From contig NC_082722.1 in assembly GCF_030144855.1 (NCBI RefSeq), positions 27,590,001 to 27,654,000 on the forward strand: a stretch of 64,000 nt of DNA. The letters run 5' to 3'. The stretch's first letter is position 1. Each line of letters starts with the position of its first letter. Origin of the DNA: Hypanus sabinus. Taxonomy: Eukaryota. The notes under the pieces were generated by a model, which saw nothing but the letters and a program-made list of their open reading frames with translations, had not been told where the DNA came from and searched no databases. Of the stretch, positions 24,687-36,308 are shown one piece after another. Both the position numbers and the translations under genes were made by a program.

Positions 24687-24970
24687 GGCAACACACACAA
24701 AATGCTGGTGGGACAGAGCAGGCCAGGCAGAGAAGTACAGTCGACGTTTCGGGCCGAGACCCTTCGTCAGGACTAACTGAAAAAAGAGATAGTCATAGAT
24801 TATAAAGGGGCAGAGGGAGGGGGAGCTCCGAACCGATAGGAGAAGACAGGAGGGGGAGGGATTAAGCTAAGAGCTGGAAAGTTGATTGGCAAAAGTGATA
24901 CACAGCCGGAGAGGGAGAAAATCATGATCCTGACGATGTGTTGCTTGAATTTCCAACATCTGCAGATTTC
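24687..24970 (-). mobile_element. Penelope-like terminal fragment
   Basis: gcaacacacacaaaatgctgg...gtcgacgtttcgggccgagacccttcgtcaggac. Confidence 0.7.
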
Positions 24971-25005
24971 CCTGTGTTTCCACCCATCATATTCAGGTTC
25001 CTTAC

Positions 25006-25058
25006 TCGCTGCTGTGGCCAGCTCGCATGAAGAAATCAGCGAAAAGCAGCAACAAATG
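25006..25058 (-). CDS. Candidate leader exon of the VJ-C1 receptor, (C)ICCCFSLISSCELATAA
   Basis: Donor GA|gtaagg is phase 1 and fits the V exon. The tandem acceptor tctgtcacagacag means an upstream ATG-bearing phase-2 exon is needed. Confidence 0.35.
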
Positions 25059-26624
25059 CTGTCTGTGACAGAAATAGATTCAGGTTTAGGACGTTGATCA
25101 CATAAAGAGAAAGCTTAGAGCTCAAACAGCAAGTTATTCCGTTTTTATAATGGCAGAGTTTCAAGAGGTACTGCGATAAATTCTATAAAGGGCGCATCGA
25201 GGAAGCCTCAAATGATTGATTGCAGTTCCGAGGATCCATTTTAAATCCAATCAGCACGAGCAGTTGCGATGCGGAATATGCTGCTCTTTGAAATATCTCC
25301 TACATTTCCACAAAGTAAACGGCAGAAAATAGGCTAGTCCATCGAGCGATGAAGAACCTGGCAGGGCATAAATTGTTATTCTTTTAGAAAAAAGACAATG
25401 CTATATACTCAAACCCATTTTGGTTGGCGATGAAACAATACTGAGCTTCCACGTGCTTCCTACGAACAGAGTTAAGATTTGTTTACAACGTCAAACGCCT
25501 CGGTATTTTGAGCAGTTACGTTTCCGAATTTCCACGAAGCGATTGGGATGTTATGCTGTTTTCATAGGAGCTTTGTCACCATTATTAAATTGTATCTCCT
25601 GCCCTCTCAGATTTGAAATTATGTAGCTGCTTAGGACCTAAAGCTGTTCATAGGTAACACATATTTTGTATATTGGATCCCACAGGACGCAATTGAGGTC
25701 TGTTTGGTGAGGAATTTAGCCGGGGGAGGATATGGACATTGCGAACGTTATTTTGTTGTGGATCTGGAGACTATTCTAATGAGAGACAGCTTAGTTTTAC
25801 GTTACAGGCAATTTGTGATGTCGAATACCCATTCCACGCTCTCATCACTCTCTGTGTAAGAAACTTACCTCTGACATCTGCTCTGTAGCTACTTCCAAAC
25901 ACCGTAAAACTGTGCCCTCTCGTGCGAGCCATTTCAGCCATTTAAGCATTTAATTTATTGTTTATTTATTTCAAATACTTGAATAAATGACAATCTCAGA
26001 AAAAAATCAAGTTGTTTTTGAATGTTAAGCAGAACTCTGTTTAGGCCAAATGATTGACAGTAAACTTAAATTTCTAATTTATGAGAGTTTAGCCGGGAGA
26101 GGATATGGACATTATTTTGCAGTGGATCTGGAGACTATTCTAATGAGAGACAGCTTAGTTTTACGTTACATGCAATTTGTGATGCCGAATACAAACATCT
26201 GCCTGCGGCAGAAAACACAATTTCCAGAAGGTAAGTTTTCTGTCGAGATTTCTGAACTGATCTTCAGATATTCCTTTTTTCTCTACACATAAATCGTAAA
26301 GATGAGAGCACATTGATTAGTTCCCCATTAACCGCTCTCTGTTCTCCATTCGTCCATTCCTCACGATGTGTAAGAATGGAGCAGTAACTTGGACCGATTA
26401 CTAAGCACTTAAAAACCGGTTGTCTGATAAAAATTGGCCTCGTTTTAGAATGGTTGGGATTGTCGTGATAGCTCTTAGGTAACAATTGAATAAGACTGCC
26501 AATACACTTTTAGTTTGAAATGCATTAGAGATAAGCCCTACATCACCAAATTTTCAGCAGCAGAAATTTGTTCAGTGTTAGTGGGACGGAAAAGCACAGG
26601 AAAGCATAAGATACTTTAGAAACA

Positions 26625-26920
26625 AAGAAAACTTACAGCATAATGTACGTCCTTCGCCCAACAAAGCTATGCCGAACATGTCCTTACCTTAGAAATTACC
26701 TAGGGTTACCCATAGCGCTCTATTTTTTTAAGCTTCATGTACCCATCCAGGAGTCTCTTAAAAGATCCTATTGTAACTGTCTGCACCACCGTCGCCGGCT
26801 GCCCAATCTCGCACCCATCACTGGCTGTGCAAAAAGAAATTACCTCTGACATCTCCTCTGCAGCTACTTTCCAAATACCGTAAAAATGTGCCCTCTCGTG
26901 CGAGCTATTTCCGGCTTGGC
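26625..26920 (-). mobile_element. CR1 3' end shared by both arms (mirror at 63455-63770)
   Basis: Same insertion point and flanks in both arms, so it predates the duplication. Confidence 0.8.
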
Positions 26921-27798
26921 AGAAAGCCTTCCGTTCTTTTTTAAAACATTTAATTTATTGTTTATTTATTTCAAATGCTTGAATACATGACAATCGCAGA
27001 ACAAAATCAAGATGTTTTTAAATGTGAAGCAGAGCTCTGGTTAGGCCAAAGGATTGACTGTAAATCGAAATTTCTAATTTATGAGACAATTTTATACCCC
27101 GGATGAGATAATCCTTTATAAGATCGCGCCTTTAAATGCCTCTGTCTTCATTACAAACATATTCCGAAATGATTTCAGCAAAGTTCTGTTAGGATAAACG
27201 TTTCTACTGAATGTTCATTATTCTTTAATGGATAATACGGAGCTGAACTGGAGTTAGTTGACTGTAAAATTGAAGCTACTATCTGCTGCTTCTGAGTGGA
27301 TGACATAGGAAACACTGAGCAAGTCACACAGCTTCTGCCGAGAGAAATAGTGTGAACATTTCAAGTCGATAATTTTTCCCGAGGTCATGAAGAGAAATGA
27401 TTTGTATTTTCCCCCTTTTAAAGAAGGTTCCCGATGTTTTCTGCTTAATTGCCGATTGCACACATCTGCAATGCTGTTTTTGCATTAATTACTCTCCTTT
27501 CCAATTAACGATCTCACGATATTAGCCGAACACAAAGTGACATGACTTTACTTCCCATTTCATTCGAGTCTTTATAAGTATCGTTGAAAGCCTCAGATAA
27601 AACGGCAGCTCTCGACATTGCAACTTCATGTAATGTTGTCTACCTGTTCCTTGTTCCCTAAGAATCGCGCGTGCAATTCTATTCTCAGGTAGCGTATTAG
27701 TTCCCATAAACACAAGGTGGAAATGCGTTCTTGGTAAACTGACAGATGAATTAAAATTCTATTCCGAACATTTTTACAGAAAACTTGCAGAAGCGCGC

Positions 27799-27836
27799 AT
27801 GCAAATATTCCTATTGGTGAATTATAGACAGGAAGT
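27799..27836 (-). promoter_or_regulatory. ETS, CCAAT and octamer module (left arm)
   Basis: On the + strand: ATGCAAAT 27799-27806, ATTGG 27813-27817, GGAAGT 27831-27836. All three are conserved in the mirror at 62294-62331. Confidence 0.45.
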
Positions 27837-28134
27837 GAATATATATATATATATATATCTGTCTTGAGAGGATATGAAACTTCATCGGACCTGAACAAGA
27901 TCAGCTGGCCTGTCAAATGGGCAGATAAAGTAGGAAAGGAAAACACAAGAATGCACTCACTTCTTTCGATGATAATTTAATTTCTTGGATTCATAATTCA
28001 CGAATGTGTGCTTAGAAGTCCAGAAACACAATTCTGAGAAAAGAAGGAAAATTGAAGTATTAATTCTATTGATCTGTCTGTACATGTTGACCCGATTTGC
28101 TGGATATTCCGTGCATTCCATATTTAATAGTCAG

Positions 28135-28275
28135 CACACTTTCTCTGCAGTGTACCTGTGCTGATAGAGAGTGTGGAGGAGATGTTTTTGCAATCCGAAT
28201 GAACCTTAATGCTGGCGTATACAATGAAGAAATTTAGAATCTAATTGCGCAAGGCCGTATTGAGGGCCAGTTTTT
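28135..28275 (-). mobile_element. Rex1-like LINE stub truncated by a deletion
   Basis: Mirrors the first ~140 bp of the Rex1 copy at 48820-48960, then jumps to sequence mirroring 62010 onward. Confidence 0.7.
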
Positions 28276-29519
28276 TGCAGTTTACTGTTTGGTTTTCCGG
28301 GGTAGATGGCGTTAACTGCCGTGCTATAATACATACTTCTCCGGAAAATGAATATAAAGGAGGGAGATAAGTCCGCAGATGCATAGACCCGAGGCATTAC
28401 GTCTGGTGGTCTGAGCGCAGTATCAGTGTTCTATTTCACAGTTTTGCTCTCTTCTCGCTGCTGCCATCAGGAAGGAAATGCAGCAGCTTTAGGTCCCAGA
28501 CCACCAGGTTTAGAAACAATTATTACCTTCAAACATCAGGCTTCTGAACCAATGTCGATAATTCACTCTTCTTGATACTGAACTGATTGAATAAACGATG
28601 GACTTGCTTTCAGTTATCTTACATTTCAGCTTCTTAGTATATTTCCTAACCCAATTATTTATGATTATTACAATTTTCTCTATTTGCTCAGATTGTCTTC
28701 CTTTGCACATTGGTTGTTCGTCAGTCTTTGCAGTTTTTCACTGAATATATGGCATTCCTTTGTTGCGCTGCGAGTGCCTGCAAGAAAATAAGTCTCGGGG
28801 TAATAAATGGCGACAAATACGTACTTTGATGCTACGTTATCTCTGAACGCTGAACTTCAATTTGAGGAATGCTGCAAATACATTGGAAACAGTTCTGCGT
28901 GGTGGTGTATAAGAATGATCCGTAGATGGGCGTGTGATCAGTTAAGGCGTGTTGGCCTGGCTACATTTGGATCCGCTGAAGTTTAGAAAAGGAAAAGTGG
29001 TATCGATTGATATGTATTTGATCTTGGGGTCTCTAAAAGAGGCAGTTATGAAAGGCTTATATGCCCTCGTGAGGAAAAATAAATTACTCCATGTGGTTGG
29101 TGTCTTTGAATGTCTCTTCCTGACATAAAACATTGAAACCTATATTTTTGTGTGATTTTAATGTTGACAATAAAATCTGCTCAAGAAGCAGCAAGTCGAA
29201 CGTTACTGTGATGGGCGGGGTAGGAATTTGATGTTACCGTCAGATCAGTCACAATTTTGTTGAATGGCCAAACATGTCGAGTTGCCAAGTGCCCTACTTC
29301 AGCTATGTTGTTTTCCCAGAAGTCTGCAGACTTTTAAAACTCCAGATATGTCTTTGAAATCTCCGTCTTATTAGAATGTAAACTCCCTCCTGTTTTGAGT
29401 AACCTCCAACAACTCACTGCAGCCAGACACATTGAATAGCCCCGAATTTTGCCTCAATGGCAAAACTGCATGGTATTCTATTGCCGGCATTGTTCGAATA
29501 ATGAGAGGTCTATACAGAC

Positions 29520-29960
29520 ATGGCCAAAAAGTATAGTTGTTGCTCGAACCAAACATCAGAATGTGGAAGAAATGCGAGCTAAGTGACTTTGACCGGGAAA
29601 TGATTGTTGGTGCCTGACTGGGTGATTAGTTAACTAAGAAACTGTTGATTGGCTGCGGACTACATGTACAACAGTCTCTACAGTTTAAATTGAATGGGGC
29701 GAAAAACAATACATGAAAAAACATCAAGTGCGTGACAATTCTTTGAGCGAAAGCACATAGTTAATGACAGAGACCAGAGGAGACTGGCTAGACTGGTTCA
29801 CGATGACAGGAAGGCGACAGTAAACACATGTTACTGTAATGGTGCAGAGAGGAGCATCTCTAAAAGCACAAAACGTCGAACCTTGTAGCAGATGGGCTGC
29901 AACAGCAAAAGATCACGAACATACAGAAATACACTCAGTAGCCACTTTATTGGATACTTC
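29520..29960 (+). mobile_element. Tc1/mariner non-autonomous derivative (left copy, one end deleted)
   Basis: Degenerate LSDFDRGMIVGA...GQRRLARLV..DRKAT-type transposase N-terminus. End motif cactcagtagccactttatt. Confidence 0.75.
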
Positions 29961-31019
29961 ATGTAGTTACTACATTTATCACTGCGATTATCGTGTCCAT
30001 AGATGCGAATTCATTTTCTCTTCTGATGCAGTTCATCTAAATGTTAGACAGACTTCACTGAGGGAATGCATTTCCTTTGCATTCTACTGAGTTACTCATT
30101 GGTCAGCTGGTACCTAAAGGCAATTTTTTCAACAATGATGGATACGAGAAAGTTACCTTCACTTTCCATTCCTAGAATAGGATTCGTGGTCCTTGATTTT
30201 ATTTTCAGAACACGTGTACAATGTATTTTACTAATAGAACCAGGGATGCAACTTGAATTTTCCTGCTCCATTAGAGCATATGTCGGCTATTCAATGACAG
30301 TGCATGTTTCCAACAGTTTGGTTATCTTGATTTTCTCTTTAGTTTGTGCTATAGCAGTGCAGTTCGTAGCTAAACTGCACTAACGGCGACTCCTTTGCTT
30401 GCATCTCTCGGATAAAATGCTAGTTCCATCCGTAATATCTCGTCTTTCCTTTTCAAGGTTCCTTTGAAGACCCTGACTTGGAGTTCCACGCGGACTTCGG
30501 TTCTCTGCGGAAACGGACCCGCTCTCCGGGCCGCACGTGCGGCCGCTTTTAGATATGCCGAGAACGCGGCCTGGAAAACCAGCGCGCCATCAGGAAATGT
30601 ATTTTCGTGGCTGTCGACACCAGCTAATTCGAGGGCGTCGCCTGATGTGTGGTGGGAGTACACGGAAGGTCGAAAGCAGCGTGCTGGCCGCTGGCTGTGT
30701 GCCTAAAGACCCCAGGTCTTCGGGCACAGAGCTCGGAAAAAGCATGGCAACAGACTTTTAACACCATGAATCACCGAGATGTTTTGTTAAGGCTCCCCTC
30801 TCGCTGTGAAACGTGTACATCCTTTTTCCCTTATGAAAGACAGAGAGAGCCCGTGGTATGTGGATAAAAGGGTGGACGAGTAGTCCTTGGGGTACTGCAA
30901 GTCTGAGTCTTTTTTTTTGAAGATTTGCTTCACGCTTGAGTGTTCGGTTGAGGATGCAGATGCTTTTTGTTGGAGTGGGAGGGGGCGGTCGTTAAGTAGC
31001 CTTCTATTTTACTAAGCTG

Positions 31020-32320
31020 CATGTACCTTTCTAAAAGCCTCTTACAAGACCCTATCGTATCAAGCTCTACTACCGTTACTGGCAGCACATTCCACGCACT
31101 CACCGCTCTCCAGATAAAAAAAACTTACCCCTGACATCTGTTCTGTACCTACTCTCCAGCACCTTAAACCTGTGTTCTCTTGTGGCAACCAACTCAGCCC
31201 TGGGAATTCAGCCCTCAGTAGCTTGTACAGCTCTGTCAGGTCACCTCGCATCCTCCTTCGCTGCAAGGTCACTCAGCCTATTCTCATAAGGCATGCACCC
31301 CAAACCAGGCAACATCTTTGTAAATCTCCTCTGCACACTTTCTATGCCTTTCACATCGTACCTGTAGTGAGTCGACCAGAAATGAGCACAGTACTCCAGG
31401 TGGGGTCTGACTAGGGTCCTACATAGCTGCAACATTACCTCTCGTCTCCTAAATTCAATTCCACGATTGATGAAGGCCAATTAACCATACGCCCTCTTAA
31501 CCACAGAGTCAACCTGTGCAGCTGCATTGAGCGTCCTATGGACTCGGACCCCGAGATCCCTCTGATTCTCCACACTGCCAAGAGTCTTCCCATTAACTCT
31601 ATATGCTGCCATCATATTTGACCTACCAAAATGATCCACTTCATACTTATTTGGTTTGAACACCATCTACCGCTTCTCAGCCCAGTTTCGCATCCTATCA
31701 ATGTCCCGCTGTAACCTCTGACAACCCTCCATAATATCCAGAACACCTCCAACCGCTGTGTCATCAACAAAAGTACTAACCCATCCCTCCACTTCCTTCA
31801 TCAATGTGTTTAGCCACATCCTCAAAAAATTCAAACAGTCTCGTCAGGCTCGACCTGCCCTTGACAAAGCCATGCTGACTACTCCTACTAATATTATACC
31901 TCTCCAAATGTTCATAAATTCTGCCTCTCAGGATCCCCTCCATCAGCTTACCCGGTAAAGATATTGACCCCTTACTCTTCCGAACCTCCAGCCACAGAGA
32001 CTCCGCAGACAATCGCTGTATGGCGTCCACCTTTTCTGCAGTTGTGATACAATCTCTGCTCAAGAGTGTCACGCCCCCACCTATTTTGCCTCCCTCCGTG
32101 TCCTTTCTGAAACATCTAAAACCGGCATTAGAAGTAACCGGTCCTGACCCTGGGCCCTCTAACTCTCTGTAATGGCCACCATATCATATCTCAAAGTACT
32201 GATCCACGCTCTAAGCTTATCCGCTTTATTCACAACACTCCTTGCATTAATGTAGACACATCTCAAGCCTTCGGTTTGAGCGCATCCCTTCTATCCTCCT
32301 TCAGCACTGGCCATAAGAAT
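31020..32320 (-). mobile_element. CR1 LINE fragments (RT and endonuclease), left arm only
   Basis: MAFINRGIEF..LVRPHLEYCAHFWS, SQHGFVKGRSSLTRLFEFF and LSAESLWLEVRKSKG. Confidence 0.85.
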
Positions 32321-35300
32321 TCTCTATTTGTGAGCTAACCGCCTCTTCCCCAGTGTCTTCAGTTCGGTTCCCACTTTTGTTCCCATTTTTATTCGCACTT
32401 TCATCACTAAAAGCAGTTGTTTATTCGTTAGTCGGAGGCACTTCCACCCAACGGTCGGCTCAAGGAAGGAGTAAAGGACACTTCGAAATTCACCACTGTC
32501 TCCCCTGAACCTAACAAATCAAACTAGCAATATTTTGGTCCTATGTTTAGTCATAGCTCTCGTTGCGGAAGTTTGCTTCGACTTTCAGCTTTTCGTCTTC
32601 TTTAAAACATGTACATGCGTGCGTTGCAAGTTCCTGTTTCTGACTCAATGCAAGTGCAATTTTGATACTGAGAAGATGCAGAGAGGTCGAGGCGAACTTG
32701 TTAATCTCGTAACTTGTGACCTGTGAAAGTCAATCATTTTGACTGTTAGTTCATCATCCTGCGGCTGCAGAGCCGCCCGAGTCTGAAAGAAACCGGTCAC
32801 ATGTGTAACTGTATCTCACTGATTATCAGCGACAGGCTGTAACCGCAATGTAAACTTCTTTATCCGATTTTCCATTCGGGCTGAAATCTTGTGCGACAGC
32901 CCATCTCTTGCGCACAGAGCAATGCGATACTAATGTTGCAAATGATCATTTTAAGGTAGCCGATGTTCAAATTCACCTGCTGTTTCTGTTGGTTGTAGAT
33001 ACTGGCTTTTTGAATAATTGTAAAAAAAATGGGTAATAAAGTCCGATCAAAAAGCTGACGCCTCATACCTAACAGATTGAGAGGTCGCCATTCTTACCTG
33101 GTTCTCAGTGTCTTCCTGCTTTGCAGTAACTTCGGTCATTTTGGGAATAACCTGAAGGCGAGGGACTCTTGCAACTTTCAAGGCATTATCTGGCTATATA
33201 AAAATTGAGACACTATTATGGAGTTCAGAAAATTTAGATTTTCCCCGTTTCTTTCTTTTTTTAATTTAAAATTTAGCTTCAGTGAAATCATCATCCATCG
33301 TCTAACACAGGCCCTGAACGTAAAGCAACGGTAATTATGGTCGTGCAAAAGGGAAAAGATGGGTGATCAGGTGAAACCTGTTTATATTTCTAGACATGTA
33401 CATTCGTAAGCTTTCTAATTAGTGAAATGTTGTAAAATATCATAGGAGATACATTGTCGAACCGGGTTAAAATGTTTGTTTTCACGATGTCAAGTATTTT
33501 TGAAATCACATATTCCTAGCAATATACGAATATTTGGGAAAAAATCCCACATTAGTATCCACGCTCCACATTTTTGCACAGTCACTTCAAACTGAGGAGC
33601 CATTTGTATTCTGCCAAATGTTGAAAGCAGATTCCGGTGGGAAGTTAAAAAGATCATTGTAAGTACTTTGCAAATAAACATGTAATGTAGCCAGAATGGC
33701 TTCTTTCTGTTTAGCAAAGTTCTAAGATTTATAGAATTAACATGTTATTTGCTTCGCTTACTGCAGTAATTCTGCTCCAAATTCAACAATTTTAGAAACT
33801 AAAGAAAGCGTTTCATCTCACCAAATTGGTTTGATTCTCACCTCCTATCAAGGAAATATGCTTGCATTTAAAGGAAGGAGTTGGGGCTGGGGGTGGAATC
33901 CCTGAGCCTCCGATGAACATTTATTCTTGATGCAAAATCGATTTTGTTACCCAAAGTAAGATCGCCTGAAGAAACTTTCTGAAATGTGTGTAGCAGTACC
34001 CGTTAATCTAATATTGTGTTTTGTGTATTACATTCACCTTCATCATTTGTGAATCTTATCCCCTCTCATCTAAAGTATGCTTCCTTCTTTCCAGTCTGAG
34101 TTACATTGTGCTTTCAGCTACTTCAGAAGCAATTGTTACAAAATCAACCTCAATCCATTTACTAACTATTTCCTCTGAACTCGATTCTGAAGATAACCAT
34201 ACGACTCAGTACCATGGTGCTACCTCCAGCACAGTAACAGTGAAGGAATTCCTTCACACATGAGTAGATATAATGCGTGTAGCTATATCGGGTACCTGAA
34301 TGACAGTGACATTCAATTCGGAATTGATTTACTTTGCTTCTGTACGCGATAATGAAGCACTAAATGCCTAACGAGCATCTACTCTGAGGAAAATATTTCC
34401 TTCACATTGACGTGACTTCTCAAGAGCGATCATTGAAAATTGTATTTTGTTAATTTCAATTCCGATTCACAATATTATGAAAGGTATGCATTTATTCATA
34501 CGGTATTTACACATGATGTGGATCACAACACATTTCGATATTTGCTGTTTATATTGGGTTAGGTGCCAGATAATCCGATGAAAGGTGAAACTTTGAAATA
34601 GAAATATCGTATCATTTAAATCAAAGTTAATTCTGTGACTTATTTTGGATGACCCAACACAAAGGTACGTGTGGCTTCGAATCAACAAATGCATTACAAA
34701 TATAGCCACCTTATGCTTGAACGTTTCTGTAGAATTCCATTGCTCAACATGTATGCCTCACAGTTTTGTTTGAAGTAAAGCCCAATATAGTTCAGTTCTA
34801 CGACTCACTCACTTCATGTAATCGCTAAAGGAACATCAGGCTGATATTTGAAGACAGCTTAAACAGTGGAATGTTTTCTTGAACCTATTTTTTCTCATTT
34901 GTCTCCACCTTCATTTTCACATTGTTCTAATCACTTTTTTTTCCCTTTTTCTCTCTCTGTTTTTCAGTTACTTGTGAAAAAAATTCTGTTCTATTTGCTT
35001 CTCTTCTGTCCACATGTGAACTCTGGTAACCTCGAGGATAATGTGAGGATCCATGGTGATATTTCCTGTTGTCAATTTATTTCTGCCTCATATCTCCAAA
35101 GAAGCAATGCTTCTGAATAAAAAGTACGGGCATTTAATACAGCATTTACTATCATTAACCCTCCGTATCAGAGAACTGAAAATCATTTTTCTTCATCAAT
35201 GATCAGAAAACTATCCAGTTATTGCTTTTGATATTTGCGAAAAGACGAAGAATTTGGAACTTCAGCTCAATGTGAATGGTCAAAAATTGAAGGAATATAG

Positions 35301-36226
35301 AAAATATGTAACTAACCTCGTGACTTTCTGTATTGGAACAGCGATTGATTTTATTTGTGAATTATTAACCCTTCGAAATGTTTGTTAAAAATCTGCAGTT
35401 TTGAAATAATAAGAACAACATTTGAATTCCCGCGAACATTAAGATAATTTGATAACTTCAACTAATGGGGGTTAGCTGAAAACAAAACTTATTCATATTA
35501 TTTCACAACTGCAGATTTTTAACAAACATTTCAAAGGTTAGCAAATTCTTCATATTCTATTACCATATCGGCCTGTACGCAAGCATTTAAAGCATTTCTG
35601 TAAATGGCAGGATACTTCTTTCCAAGAACTACTTATTAGACAATAACATGGAGACAAACGACTTCCGACCCTGGAACATGGAGCAACACAATAAGCGCTG
35701 GCGGAACTCAGCGTGCCAGGCAGCACCATGGGAAGGAAATCGACAGTCGACGGCTGGGTCTGAAGCTCTTCATCTGCACTTCATTGTCTAGCGAGGAAAT
35801 TAGATATTGTGGAACATCGAAATTACACCTTCTAATCTTCATCCCTGGCCTTCTGCTTTTCGTTTTTGTAACGTCTGAAAGATCGAATTTTTAAAAGATT
35901 TTATTTTTTTATTATTTAAATCATTCAGATTTGCATACGAAACTTTATAAATGATTTAAACACTTCAAGAAGAAATGTTTTGTCAATATAGTTATAATCG
36001 GATATTGTCTGTCAAGTTAGTTCTCCGATTTATATGTGCGGGTAATTTGTGCACACACAACTGCCGAGATACCAACTTTAATGGTAAACTCTTATAATGT
36101 ACATGGCCTCGTCCTGTAGACCTTCCCAAATATTTCTATCATCTCGAATGCGGAGAGTTGCTGCAGATAATATTGTTCTGATATCTCCCCAAGATTACTA
36201 ATGTGTTCTGCTGGGTTAGGACTCAC

Positions 36227-36308
36227 CACATAAATAACACAAATCGAACAAAACGGAAGAAAAGTAAATGGAGACGGTTTTGGAAATAGCCGATTAGTTT
36301 GGCACCTT
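36227..36308 (-). other. Candidate 82-nt exon ending ATGTG|gtgagt (left arm)
   Basis: Acceptor gtttctcttcacag and the donor are both conserved, at identical length, in the mirror at 44038-44119(+). Confidence 0.5.

Noticed and set aside
30370-30663. 97-aa GC-rich ORF
   Set aside because: No recognisable domain, and the mirror copy at 45300-45620 is frameshifted with stops.
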